From Bryobacteraceae bacterium (GTDB lineage Bacteria > Acidobacteriota > Terriglobia > Bryobacterales > Bryobacteraceae), in the NCBI GenBank assembly GCA_049521155.1, contig JBEKPC010000006.1:262-64261 (forward strand): a DNA stretch of 64,000 nucleotides. Reading direction: 5' to 3'. The position numbers and the translations under genes were made by a program. The notes beneath the pieces were generated by a model that had not been told where the DNA came from, ran no database searches, and saw only the letters and a list, made by a program, of their open reading frames with translations. Every line of letters begins with the position of its first letter. The stretch's first letter is position 1. Of this stretch, positions 28,822 to 39,019 are shown in pieces.

Positions 28822-29991
28822 TTACTTGTACGCCGCCACGCCCGTCACCCGCTCCCCGATGACTAAGGTATGAATATGATCCGTGCCTTCGTAGGTCTTC
28901 ACGGTTTCCAGATTGCAGAGGTGCCGCATGATTGGATACTCGTCCATAATTCCGTTGCCACCCAGCAGATCCCGCGACTGGCGCGCGCACTCCAGCGCCA
29001 TCCTCACATTGTTCCGCTTCAGCATTGAAATGTGCCACGGTTCGATCTTGCCGTCATCCTTCAAACGCCCGCAGTGCAGAGCGAGCAGTTGAGCCTTGGT
29101 GATTTCCGTGATCATGTCGGCCAGTTTCTCCTGCACCAGTTGATGGGACGCAATCGGCTTATCGTCAAACTGCTTCCGCAGGACCGAATACGATCGCGCT
29201 GTCTCGTAGCAATCCATCGCCGCGCCCAGCACGCCCCAACCGATCCCGTAGCGGGCCTGAGTGAGGCATCCCAGCGGTCCTTTCAACCCTCTGGCGCCGG
29301 GCAGCATCGCGCATTCCTTGACGCGGACGTCGCTCAACGCCAGGCTCGCCGTTACCGATGCCCGCATCGACAACTTGCCATGCAATTCGGACGATGAAAA
29401 TCCCGGTGTTCCTTTCTCCACCAGAAAACCGCGAATGCCATCTTCAGCCCGCGCCCAAACAATGGCGACATCGGCAACCGATCCGTTGGTGATCCAGGTC
29501 TTTTCGCCATTGAGGACCCAGTCTGACCCATCTCGCGTCGCACGCGTCAGCATGCCCGCCGGATTCGATCCAAACCCCGGCTCGGTGAGGCCGAAACATC
29601 CGATCGCGTCGCCCGATTGCAGCCTCGGCAGCCACTTCTGCTTCTGTTCCTCCGTCCCGTACGCATAGATCGGATACATCACCAGCGCGCCCTGCACGCT
29701 GGCGAAGCTGCGGATGCCGGAGTCGCCGCGCTCCAGTTCCTGCATGACCAAACCGTACTCGACGTTGTTCATGCCGGCGCATCCGTAGCCTTCCAGGTTG
29801 GCCCCGAAAAATCCCAGCTGGCCCATTTCCCCGATCAATTCCTTCGGAAACCGGCCATCGCGGAAGCAGTCCCGAATCTGAGGAATCACCTGCTCATCGA
29901 CGAACTGCCGGGCCGTCTGCCGAACCATCTTCTCCTGCTCATTCAACTGGGAATCGATCAGGAGATAATCCACACCGGGAAATTTAGCCAT
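28822..29991 (-). CDS. gcdH: Acyl-CoA dehydrogenase, glutaryl-CoA dehydrogenase-like
   Basis: 389 aa. [33 protein letters not shown] and [16 protein letters not shown] match the GCDH pattern. Confidence 0.8.
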   Translation of the reverse strand: MAKFPGVDYLLIDSQLNEQEKMVRQTARQFVDEQVIPQIRDCFRDGRFPKELIGEMGQLGFFGANLEGYGCAGMNNVEYGLVMQELERGDSGIRSFASVQGALVMYPIYAYGTEEQKQKWLPRLQSGDAIGCFGLTEPGFGSNPAGMLTRATRDGSDWVLNGEKTWITNGSVADVAIVWARAEDGIRGFLVEKGTPGFSSSELHGKLSMRASVTASLALSDVRVKECAMLPGARGLKGPLGCLTQARYGIGWGVLGAAMDCYETARSYSVLRKQFDDKPIASHQLVQEKLADMITEITKAQLLALHCGRLKDDGKIEPWHISMLKRNNVRMALECARQSRDLLGGNGIMDEYPIMRHLCNLETVKTYEGTDHIHTLVIGERVTGVAAYK

Positions 29992-30019
29992 TCAGAATTT
30001 ATTCTACCGTGCTGCCCGG

Positions 30020-33000
30020 TTAGAACAAAAGCTTCAGCGCGAACTGCACTTGCCGCGATGGATACGTTGTTCGGATGGTCCCGAACGCGGAGGAAGTGGT
30101 GGTTGTGGTCGGGACTCCGAAGTTGGTGTGATTGGTGAAATTGAAAAATTCCGACCGGAACTGGAGCTTGATTCCCTCGTGGATGGTGAAGCTCTTATCG
30201 GCGGCGAAATCCCACTGCTCCAGGCCCGGCGCGCGGAACGAATTGCGGCCAAGGTCGCCGAAAGGATCGGTCGCGGGAGGCGTGGTGAAGGTATAGCCGG
30301 CGAAATAAGTATTCAGAGATTGCGCCGTGCTCTGGCTGGCCGCGCTGCCCGTGACGTTCGGGCGCAGGAACGCTTCGCCGCGATAATCGTTCGAAAGACC
30401 GGTCACGTCGTTGATGCTGGATGGTCCGTAAGCCACATCGAGCGGCGTCCCGGTGTGGACCGTGTTGATCGTATTCAGCTCCCAGCCGCCGGCCACGGCG
30501 TCGAGAAACGGATTCATGCTGCCACCGAATTGGCGGCCTTTCCCAAACGGAATCTGATACACGATGCTGGTGACATTGTTGAACTTCACGTCAAAGCTCG
30601 ATGGACCCACTTCCGCCGCCAGATTGTGAATATTTTGCGGATTCGCCTCGAAATAGCCGGCGTAATATTCCAGAGCCTGCTCCGAATCGCCAATCGCGTG
30701 TCCCCAGGTAAACGAGTTCAGGAAGTAAAGTCCGCTGCCGAAGCGGTGCTCCACCCGGGCCGAAAGTCCGTCATAGTGATTATCGCCCGCCGGGTCCACC
30801 CAGGTGATCGGACCGTAGGTCGGGATCGGGCGGCGCGCTTGCACGCCCAGGCATCCTGAAGTGATCGCCGGTGTGACCGTGAAATTACAGGTCGCCGTCT
30901 GCGCGTTCGGCGCGGCCTGATTATAATCGGCCAGAATCGGCAGCCGCAGGCTGTGATTCCCGTTGTAGGAAACCTCGATCAGCGTGTTCTTATTGATCTC
31001 GCGCTGCACCGAGAGGAACCAGTTCTGGATGTACGGCCATTTGCTGTTCGGTGGAATGTAGACCACGTTGGAATTCACCGGATTGAAGGCCGCCGGATTC
31101 GCGATGCCGGTGGTGAAGCTGTTAATCGTCGTCAGGAATGAGGCCGGCACCGGACCGCCGTTAGGGAAACTCTGGTTGATCACTCCGAACAGAGCTTGCG
31201 GAGCGTTGATTCCTTCGAGCGCGCTGCCCACCCGGTTGAAGAAGGTATAGCTGATCCCGTATCCGCTACGCACCACCGTTTTCGAATCGATGCTGTACGC
31301 CAAGCCGAGACGCGGCCCGAAATCCGAATGATCGGGATGGACCAGGCTGCGGTCATACAGGCTGCCGGAGGTGGCCATTTGCATGGTGTCGGTGATCGGA
31401 TTGAAATTTGAATAGTTGTTGTCGCGCTCATAAAGAGGCGTCGCGAATTCCCAGCGCAGGCCCACGTTCACCGTCAGCTTCGGCGTCACATGCCAGTCAT
31501 CCTGCACGTACAGCGCATGGACGTACTGCCGCAGATTCACTACTGTATCGCTGCCCTGGTTAATCTGGCTAGGCAGACCGAAAATAAAGTCGGCCAGATC
31601 GTAGCTGGTCGAATCGGATGCAACGGTGCAGCCCGCTGCCTGCTCCAATTGAGCGCAAGTGGGTTTGCTGAACTGTCCCGAGTACACATCCTGCCCGTAC
31701 AGCGGATTTACGTCCAGAATTTCGGTGCGGATGTTCAGATATTCCCAACCCATCTTGATCGAATGCCGCCCCATGTTTTTCGAAAAATTCACTTTCGGAT
31801 CCCAGGACGTCGGATTTTGGAACTGCGGATTGCTGGTCTGCCTGCCGAGCGCGGTGTATCCGCTGATCGATTGCGAGTTGAATCCGCCGGTCAGATTCGG
31901 CGTGGTCGGCAAGCCTTGAATCCCCAGCAGGGATTCCAGACTGGGCCCACCCAGAAGCGGCGGCTCTTTCCCGCCAAGCAAGTGCGTAAATCCCAACCGG
32001 GCTTCGAGAATCGAGTTGGACGAAACCGTCCAGGTATAGCCCGCCGACGCGTTTTGATCGATCGAATGAATGAACCCGTTTCCATCGCCGCCCGCGGGGC
32101 CGGCATAGGACGATTGATAAAACTGGATGTCCTTGCGCTGGCTCCAGCGTAGGAACGCCGTCATGCGGTCGTTGATCTGGCCATCGATTTTCACATCGTA
32201 TTTATCGCTGTAATCCCGAATCAGCAGTAGCGCTTCGTAATTATTCGACCGCCCGGCGCCGGTCAGCGGCGGCAGTTCGCCCAGCATCGCAGCGGCCAGC
32301 GGATTGAAGGCTGAGGCAGGAATCTGAGTATTGGCCGGATAAACCGTGCCTGTCAGAGGATTCACCACGGCCACCGGTAGGATGCCCAAGCGGTCATTGG
32401 CGTCCGGAAGCGAATCGAAATTCAGATATCGCTGTAACTGCCGGTAGCCTTCATAATCGGCAAAAAAGAATAGCCTGTTCTTGATAATTGGCCCACCGAT
32501 CGTGGTTCCGAACTGATTCCTTTGTAGCGACGGCTTGACGAACGCCGCGTTGGTGAACAGATATCCGGTGGCATTCAAATCGGTGTTGCGCATGAATTCG
32601 TAGACCGTGCCATGAAACCGGTTCGTTCCGGACCGCATCACCGCGTTGACCACCGCTCCGCCCACGCGCCCGTATTCGGCGCTGTAGTTACTGGTGATCA
32701 CTTTGAACTCGGCGATGGCATCCGGAGACGCCTGCACCACTTGCGAGGAATAGCTCTGATTACTGGTCCCGTAGGAGTTGTTATCCAACCCGTCGAGCAG
32801 GAAATTGTTGTACGTGCTGCGCATCCCGTTCACGTTGAACGACCCCTCCCGCGGGGTGCCGCTGGGCGAGAACGAAACAGCAATGGGAGACTTCACCACA
32901 TTCGCCGATAACAGCGCCAGGTCGGCATAATTGCGCCCGTTGAGCGGTAGTTCCACGATCGCTTCGCTATTGATCACCTGCCCGTGCTCGCTCGAATCGG

Positions 33001-33376
33001 TTTCGAGCGCTGCGGCCGCGCCGCTCACTTCCACCGTTTCGCTTACCGCGCCCACAGCCAACGCAAAATCCACACGTTGCCGCGCTCCGACGTTTACCGT
33101 GATGCCGGACGCCTCTTCCTTCGAGAATCCCTTGGCTTCCGCGGTCACCGTATAGCGACCGATTTTTACGTTGGAAAAAGTGTAATTCCCACTATCGTCG
33201 GCCGTTGTTTTGGCCTGTATGCCGGTGTCGACGCTCAGCAGCGTCAATGCCGCCTTGGGAACCACCGCTCCCGTTTTGTCCCTGACCGTGCCCAGAACCT
33301 CGGCCGTGTCAAATTGCGCGAAAGATGGCTCCACTGCCAGCGCGCAGATCGCCAAGATCCCCAGAAAGCGAGTCAT
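30020..33376 (-). CDS. TonB-dependent outer-membrane receptor with N-terminal carboxypeptidase-regulatory-like domain
   Basis: 1118 aa. Signal peptide, CarboxypepD_reg-like beta sandwich (GTVRDKTGAVVPKAALTL...GRYTVTAEAKGF), plug, long barrel, terminal ...FALKLLF. Confidence 0.9.
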   Translation of the reverse strand: MTRFLGILAICALAVEPSFAQFDTAEVLGTVRDKTGAVVPKAALTLLSVDTGIQAKTTADDSGNYTFSNVKIGRYTVTAEAKGFSKEEASGITVNVGARQRVDFALAVGAVSETVEVSGAAAALETDSSEHGQVINSEAIVELPLNGRNYADLALLSANVVKSPIAVSFSPSGTPREGSFNVNGMRSTYNNFLLDGLDNNSYGTSNQSYSSQVVQASPDAIAEFKVITSNYSAEYGRVGGAVVNAVMRSGTNRFHGTVYEFMRNTDLNATGYLFTNAAFVKPSLQRNQFGTTIGGPIIKNRLFFFADYEGYRQLQRYLNFDSLPDANDRLGILPVAVVNPLTGTVYPANTQIPASAFNPLAAAMLGELPPLTGAGRSNNYEALLLIRDYSDKYDVKIDGQINDRMTAFLRWSQRKDIQFYQSSYAGPAGGDGNGFIHSIDQNASAGYTWTVSSNSILEARLGFTHLLGGKEPPLLGGPSLESLLGIQGLPTTPNLTGGFNSQSISGYTALGRQTSNPQFQNPTSWDPKVNFSKNMGRHSIKMGWEYLNIRTEILDVNPLYGQDVYSGQFSKPTCAQLEQAAGCTVASDSTSYDLADFIFGLPSQINQGSDTVVNLRQYVHALYVQDDWHVTPKLTVNVGLRWEFATPLYERDNNYSNFNPITDTMQMATSGSLYDRSLVHPDHSDFGPRLGLAYSIDSKTVVRSGYGISYTFFNRVGSALEGINAPQALFGVINQSFPNGGPVPASFLTTINSFTTGIANPAAFNPVNSNVVYIPPNSKWPYIQNWFLSVQREINKNTLIEVSYNGNHSLRLPILADYNQAAPNAQTATCNFTVTPAITSGCLGVQARRPIPTYGPITWVDPAGDNHYDGLSARVEHRFGSGLYFLNSFTWGHAIGDSEQALEYYAGYFEANPQNIHNLAAEVGPSSFDVKFNNVTSIVYQIPFGKGRQFGGSMNPFLDAVAGGWELNTINTVHTGTPLDVAYGPSSINDVTGLSNDYRGEAFLRPNVTGSAASQSTAQSLNTYFAGYTFTTPPATDPFGDLGRNSFRAPGLEQWDFAADKSFTIHEGIKLQFRSEFFNFTNHTNFGVPTTTTTSSAFGTIRTTYPSRQVQFALKLLF

Positions 33377-33466
33377 TCGGCATACCCCCTCGTAGAAACC
33401 TATCAGCGTGGAGTATATACCGAATTTAAATCGCGTGAATTACTTGATACAGCGCGGCCTGTGGTG

Positions 33467-35560
33467 CTATTGGCCCCTCCCCGCCTTCGCTTTCATTTTG
33501 CTCCGCGCCGCCCGTATCGCCGCGGCACGCGCCGCCCGGCTCTTCGCCGTCAGATGCTTCACCGGCCGGCTCAAAGGAGTGGGCGCATTGGGCCCATATG
33601 GGATATAGATCTGATTTACGTCGGCGCTGTCGGTCAGGAACTCCAGTTCCACGATGTCCCCCGAACCGAGCACACCGGCCTCCGGAAGCTGCACGTTGAT
33701 CACATACAAGCCAGCCAGTCCCGGCACCAGCCCCGCAAACTGAATGGTTCCCTGGTTGCCGAGCGAATCGGCGGTATAGTCGTTAAAGAAGACCGTCAAA
33801 TTGCCCAAAGTATTCTCGTCCGAGTAGCTGAGTGTCGTGAGCGACGGCACCGCGCCATCGGTAATCGGAGGCGTGACCGTGCCCAAACCCGTCATGTAAA
33901 TCGCCAGATATTCGTTGGGTTGCGCCGGATTGGCTTGATCGATTAGCGCTCCCGTGACCGCGTCCCGCACGGCCGCAAACCCCAGCCCGTTCTGAGTGTC
34001 TGAGAACGCCCCCGGCGCGGAATCCTGATAATACATCTGCACCACGTTCGATTTCACCCCGTTATTCGTCACCTGAATATCAGCGAGGTATGTCCCCTGG
34101 ACGGTAATCTCGTACGGCACAATAATCGAGACCTGCCCTGGACTCACCGCGAAAACCGGACACGGAATGCTGTTGATCGTGGCTGTAACGCCGCCCAGGC
34201 CCAATGTCGGCGCCGGTTGGCCGCCCTGAATCGCCATCGTCGTCGAAGAGAGACCGGAGCCGTACATTGTAATCAGCTCACCCGGAGCAAGACTCGCCGT
34301 AATCGGCTGATAACTGGCAGCGTTAAACACTCCGATCGGGTTCAGATACACGCCCGACCCGGAGAACGAAGCGGCGTGCATGCCTACCACCAGCGAGTAG
34401 AGTCCACTTCCATAAAGCCCGACGCCGACATACGCTTGGCCCCCAGCACCGAAGGCGTAATTGTAGAAGTAGTCGCTGGCAGTTCCATCTGAGTTCACCA
34501 TCAGAGAATCGTCAGAGCCATAATCCTCCGCGCCATTTGAGTAAAGGCCAAAGGAGCTCAGCCGCTGATGAAGAATTGCATCGCCATTGGTGTCGGCCGT
34601 GTTGTCTTCCGATCCGTAATATGAGTCCACTCCCCAGGAAGTCGGGAAACTTTCCTCGGCGGCAGTGAAATACAAGCCCTGGCTGATGCTGTTCGATCCC
34701 GTCCCTGCTGCCAGCGCTTTCACGCCGAAGAAAATATCGTAGCCAGTCGAGGTCCATCCCAGAATAAAGTTCCCATCCGCCGACTGGAAAATCGTCTTAG
34801 TCCCGGTAAATAACGCGGTCGACGCGGTCGCACCGGAAGGCAGTGGAACCGTCAGCGTCGCGCTTCCATCGCTGTTGAAGTTATAGGTTGCTCCCGTGAT
34901 CGTCTGGGTCAACGGAACGGCGGCGCTGGTCTGGTTGGACGCCTGTCCGTTCAGCGTAATCGCCGCTAACCCGCCCTTCCCATTGGGGCTCAGGTTGAAC
35001 AGCGCATTATTGATTGCCGTGCTGGTTCCGCCGCTGAAATCCAGCACCCCAGTCTGATACACGGACGTGAAACTTGCGTTGGTGGGAGCAGATCCAGTGG
35101 GAATCGCAATGAAGATGTCATTATTCACGACGCCTTGACTCCCCGCTTCCGTCGTGCTTCCCGTGAACACGCCCTGCGAGACCGCGCCATACTCATAAAA
35201 GAACGAGGTGTTATCGGTGGGGTAGAGCGGACTGGTTACATAGCCCGTTCCATTGGCGCCGATCGCGTAAGTTCCGGTCGCGCTGAAGGTCTGCGGCGTG
35301 CTCGAAACGACATTGTCCACTTGCATGCCCGTAATGGTGTAATTTCCGTTGCCATCGAACACGATCGTGCCGTAGGTCGCTGTCACTTCGGTCGCATTGT
35401 TATCATCGTCGACGTTGGTCACCGCGACGTTGCGGAACGCGAAATTCCCTTTGAGCAATCCGTTCCCGCTCGTATCCTGAGTCTGCCCCCAGGCGGCGGA
35501 TAGTCCAATCACGGCCCATGCTGCCGCTCCCAATAGGAATTTATTTTGGCGTAAATTCAT
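33467..35560 (-). CDS. Secreted repeat-rich protein with Solibacter-type C-terminal domain (Soli_cterm-like) and a basic tail
   Basis: Start set at ATG MNLRQNKFLLGAAAWAVIGLSAAWGQ (signal peptide). The C-terminal about 200 aa (APGELITMYGSGL...VSPGQVSIIVPYE...FAGLVPGLAGLYVINVQLP) match my memory of TIGR03437. Ends with KSRAARAAAIRAARSKMKAKAGRGQ. Confidence 0.75.
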   Translation of the reverse strand: MNLRQNKFLLGAAAWAVIGLSAAWGQTQDTSGNGLLKGNFAFRNVAVTNVDDDNNATEVTATYGTIVFDGNGNYTITGMQVDNVVSSTPQTFSATGTYAIGANGTGYVTSPLYPTDNTSFFYEYGAVSQGVFTGSTTEAGSQGVVNNDIFIAIPTGSAPTNASFTSVYQTGVLDFSGGTSTAINNALFNLSPNGKGGLAAITLNGQASNQTSAAVPLTQTITGATYNFNSDGSATLTVPLPSGATASTALFTGTKTIFQSADGNFILGWTSTGYDIFFGVKALAAGTGSNSISQGLYFTAAEESFPTSWGVDSYYGSEDNTADTNGDAILHQRLSSFGLYSNGAEDYGSDDSLMVNSDGTASDYFYNYAFGAGGQAYVGVGLYGSGLYSLVVGMHAASFSGSGVYLNPIGVFNAASYQPITASLAPGELITMYGSGLSSTTMAIQGGQPAPTLGLGGVTATINSIPCPVFAVSPGQVSIIVPYEITVQGTYLADIQVTNNGVKSNVVQMYYQDSAPGAFSDTQNGLGFAAVRDAVTGALIDQANPAQPNEYLAIYMTGLGTVTPPITDGAVPSLTTLSYSDENTLGNLTVFFNDYTADSLGNQGTIQFAGLVPGLAGLYVINVQLPEAGVLGSGDIVELEFLTDSADVNQIYIPYGPNAPTPLSRPVKHLTAKSRAARAAAIRAARSKMKAKAGRGQ

Positions 35561-35714
35561 GCATCCTCTAGATTTAGAATACTCCACGTCGAATCGGCTT
35601 CTTTTGTGATGGGAAGCCACACCCCTCTATGATGCGCGGAAGGGTACCTTTCGTTCCGTTTATCACGAAGGAGTCGCATAATAGAAGTGTCTACTACCGT
35701 GCGCTCCTCTCACC

Positions 35715-37136
35715 ATGCCCAGCACAAAAATCGTCGCGACCCTAGGCCCATCCACCGATCAGCCTCCTTATTTAAGACGCATGTTCGACGCCGGCGTTGA
35801 CGTTTTCCGGCTCAACACCAGCCACGGGACCTGGGAAGACCACCTCGCCCGCATCGCCGCCGTCCGTGAAACCGCCGCTGAGCTTTCCGTACACGCCGGC
35901 ATCCTTCTCGATCTCCAAGGCCCGAAAATCCGCCTCGGCCGTTTCGAAGGAGGCCGCTGCGACCTCGAACAAGGAGCCATTTTCACCATCACCACGGAGC
36001 CTCTGCTCGGAACTTCGTCCCTCGCCTCCACCAGTTATACTCACTTTGCCAAGGATGTAAGGCCCGGCGATCCTGTCCTGCTCGCCGACGGCAGCATTGA
36101 GCTGAAAGCGCTCTCGACAGACGCCGTCTCCGTCCGCTGCGAAGTCGTCACCGGCGGCCCCCTCGGCGATCACAAAGGCATCAACCTTCCCGGCGTCGAG
36201 CTCTCTACCTCTTCTCTCACCCGCAAAGATATGGAGGATCTCCAGCACGGCCTGCAAGCCGGCATTGATTTCGTCGCCTTGTCCTTCGTCCGCAAACCAA
36301 GCGACCTGCTGCGCCTCAAATTATTCCTCGAAGAGCATGGCGCCAGTCTCCCCGTCATCGCCAAGATCGAGAAACCGGAGGGCTGGAAAAACCTGGAGGA
36401 GATCCTCGATGAAAGCGACGGCGTCATGGTCGCGCGCGGCGATCTCGGCGTCGAAATGGCGCTTGAAAAAGTGCCCTTCATTCAGAAGCACATCATTGAA
36501 CGCGCCCGCGCTAAAGGCAAATTCGTGATCACCGCCACGCAAATGCTCGAATCCATGATCGAGCATCCCTCGCCCACCCGCGCCGAGGTTTCGGACGTCG
36601 CCAATGCGATCTGCGACGGCACCGACGCCGTCATGCTCTCCGCCGAAACCGCCTCCGGCAAATATCCCGGCAAGGCCGTCCGTATGATGACCCGCATTGC
36701 CGACGAAACGGAGAGCTGGCTGCGCCCGCAAGGATTTCGCGAGCCTCTGCCGCCCTTAACGCCCTCCAATGCCGAGATCATTGCTGACGCAGCCTATCGG
36801 GCCGCCCGCTCCGCCGGCGTCGCCGCCATTGTCGTTTACACCTCCAGCGGAGCCAGCGCCCGCCTCATCTCCCGCCTCCGCCCGCCGGTCCCGATTTACG
36901 CCTTCACGCAAAGCGAAAGCATCGCCCGCCAGTTGGCGATCTCCTTCGGCGTAACCCCGATCATCGCCCCGGACGTAAAATCCACCGATCAGATGCTCCT
37001 TCAAATGGAGCAGCGCCTGGTTGCCGCCGGTCTCCTGAAACCCAACGACAACGTGGTCTTCGTATCCGGCCAGCCCATCGGCCGCTCCGGCAGTACGAAC
37101 CTTGTGAAACTCCATCGGCTGGGCGAAAGCAATTAA
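35715..37136 (+). CDS. pyk: Pyruvate kinase
   Basis: 473 aa. KIVATLGPS, NTSHG, MVARGDLGVE and the C-terminal regulatory domain. Confidence 0.95.
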   Translation: MPSTKIVATLGPSTDQPPYLRRMFDAGVDVFRLNTSHGTWEDHLARIAAVRETAAELSVHAGILLDLQGPKIRLGRFEGGRCDLEQGAIFTITTEPLLGTSSLASTSYTHFAKDVRPGDPVLLADGSIELKALSTDAVSVRCEVVTGGPLGDHKGINLPGVELSTSSLTRKDMEDLQHGLQAGIDFVALSFVRKPSDLLRLKLFLEEHGASLPVIAKIEKPEGWKNLEEILDESDGVMVARGDLGVEMALEKVPFIQKHIIERARAKGKFVITATQMLESMIEHPSPTRAEVSDVANAICDGTDAVMLSAETASGKYPGKAVRMMTRIADETESWLRPQGFREPLPPLTPSNAEIIADAAYRAARSAGVAAIVVYTSSGASARLISRLRPPVPIYAFTQSESIARQLAISFGVTPIIAPDVKSTDQMLLQMEQRLVAAGLLKPNDNVVFVSGQPIGRSGSTNLVKLHRLGESN

Positions 37137-37144
37137 AAAAAATC

Positions 37145-37173
37145 TTGCATCTCCTTTAGTTCTAAGTTATTAT
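37145..37173 (+). promoter_or_regulatory. Candidate sigma70-type promoter for 37233..38090
   Basis: TTGCAT (37145-37150), 17-nt spacer, TATTAT (37168-37173), in a conspicuously AT-rich 95-bp spacer. Confidence 0.5.
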
Positions 37174-37232
37174 CGCCCTATCACTATATAAACCTGGGTG
37201 ATACCAAACACACCGGGTCGGAGGGAAATTTA

Positions 37233-38090
37233 ATGTTATCTATGAGGACGGGAGCCCTTGTGCTCTCACTGATCGGGAGTGTGCCCGCCATGGCCACGAC
37301 TCCTTATGTATTAGGCGGTCTTGTCGGAGCAATCAGCGGCAGCGCCAGCTATGGTTGGGATGGTTCAGAGAACGCCGCGTTCCGAAACGCCCTGCAAACG
37401 GCCGCTTTTTTCGGCGCCGGCGGCACCGTCGGAACTGCCATAACCACCACCAATATAACCAGCACCGCGAATCTGACCGGCATTAAAGGTCTGGTGATTC
37501 CCTGGTGGGCCAATTCAAGCGCCTCCACCACTCAAATCAACCAGGTCTACGCTTTCTTCACCTCCGGTGGCGATCTATTGCTCGCCGAAGACGATACCGC
37601 CAACGATCCGATCGGCATCAAGCTCGGCATCCCGACGGTCGCCCAAGCTGGCGCCACCTGGACTCCGGCTGGTTATCTGGCCGCGGGTCCGTTCGGTCCG
37701 GTCGGCTCCGTAACGGGCTATTACGATATCGGCTATTTCAACTCCGGCGCCGTCTCCAGCCACGGCGGGACGGTCGGAGCGACCGATGGTAGCGGCAATG
37801 TGACCGCCGCCTATTGGCCCAAAGGAACCTTTTGTCCCACCTGCGGCGCCCTTGTCATGGAAGGCGACATTGATGTTTGGGCCACGGGCGCGACCTTCTC
37901 GCCGCTGAACGCCAATGGACAGTTCTCCCTGAACATGGTGGCCTACATAATCCAGAATTCAGGCAACTTCACAGGACCCGTCGGCAGCACCCCTTCCGCT
38001 ACCCCTGCGCCCGCCTCGCTATGGCTGACGTTGATGGGCCTGATCGGCGCCGGTTTTTACCTGGGCTATCGCCGCCAGGCAAGTTCGTAA
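37233..38090 (+). CDS. Secreted protein with PEP-CTERM-like C-terminal sorting signal (PAP variant)
   Basis: 285 aa. Signal peptide. C-terminus TPAPASLWLTLMGLIGAGFYLGYRRQASS is a Pro-x-Pro motif, TM helix and Arg cluster. Confidence 0.55.
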   Translation: MLSMRTGALVLSLIGSVPAMATTPYVLGGLVGAISGSASYGWDGSENAAFRNALQTAAFFGAGGTVGTAITTTNITSTANLTGIKGLVIPWWANSSASTTQINQVYAFFTSGGDLLLAEDDTANDPIGIKLGIPTVAQAGATWTPAGYLAAGPFGPVGSVTGYYDIGYFNSGAVSSHGGTVGATDGSGNVTAAYWPKGTFCPTCGALVMEGDIDVWATGATFSPLNANGQFSLNMVAYIIQNSGNFTGPVGSTPSATPAPASLWLTLMGLIGAGFYLGYRRQASS

Positions 38091-38092
38091 AC

Positions 38093-39019
38093 TTACCGCG
38101 TCCCCGGCACTGGCGGAGGAGCTCCATCCGGAGCCGCGGCGAGCAACTCCGCCACCAGCTTTTCGCTCGCCCCATTCATAAATAGCGGCAGCTTCGAGCT
38201 GTTACTGAGAATCCTCTGCGTCTCCAGCAGCTCGAACAGCGCGTCCGCGACCTCCGGATCTCCCGAAATCTCCTTCAGCGCCGTCCCGATCATGTTCGGC
38301 CGCACCACCGCCGCTTTGGCGATCTCCACCGCCGCCTCGCGCTCCGCCGAATTGGTGATGATGCTCACCTGATTAGCCCCATCCTGCTTGATCGCCGACG
38401 TCACCTGCCGCAGCCGGTTCACGACTTTTTCTTCGATCTGTTTGATCATCCCCACGTCGCGAAAATGCACCTTGCGCACATAAACCGACCCTAATTGATA
38501 CCCCCACGCCACCGATTTTTCCGATACCTCCGCCCGCACCGTCTGGCTCATCTGATGCCTCGTCTCCAGCATCTGTTGGAGCGGCATATTGCTCAAGCAC
38601 CGCACCGTCGCATTGCTCACATTCGCCCGCAGCGACCCGCGCGGATCAGTATTCTTGAACAGGAACGACACCGCATCGCTGATCTGCATCTCATACCAGA
38701 TGCCGATCCCCATCGGCGCGCCTTCTTCCGAATTGACCGGCTGGCTACGCAAATATTCCTGATCCAGCCGCAGATCCAGCACATAGCATTTGCCGAAAAA
38801 ATTCACCACGAAAGCCTTCACACCCAGCACGCCAGGCAGAAAGTGAAACCCCGGCTCCGAAATCATCCCGACCACCTTGCCGAATAACAGGTAAACCCGG
38901 CAAGTCCTCTCCGTCACGATCGTATACAGCCCGAAAAATCGCGCCAGACCGAGCACCACCACTTCAAGCAGCAGCATCCCGAGAAATGTCACGCCGATTG
39001 CAATCACGACGTCCATCAT
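38093..39019 (-). CDS. SPFH/Band-7 (stomatin/prohibitin-like) membrane protein
   Basis: 308 aa. N-terminal TM, SPFH core, C-terminal helical region. ATGA overlap with the upstream SPFH gene. Confidence 0.8.
   Translation of the reverse strand: MMDVVIAIGVTFLGMLLLEVVVLGLARFFGLYTIVTERTCRVYLLFGKVVGMISEPGFHFLPGVLGVKAFVVNFFGKCYVLDLRLDQEYLRSQPVNSEEGAPMGIGIWYEMQISDAVSFLFKNTDPRGSLRANVSNATVRCLSNMPLQQMLETRHQMSQTVRAEVSEKSVAWGYQLGSVYVRKVHFRDVGMIKQIEEKVVNRLRQVTSAIKQDGANQVSIITNSAEREAAVEIAKAAVVRPNMIGTALKEISGDPEVADALFELLETQRILSNSSKLPLFMNGASEKLVAELLAAAPDGAPPPVPGTR

Noticed and set aside
32984-33946. 320-aa plus-strand ORF spanning the TonB receptor start and the next gene's end
   Set aside because: Antisense shadow ORF crossing an intergenic spacer. 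Arg-rich, no recognisable family. Both overlapped genes have clear homology.
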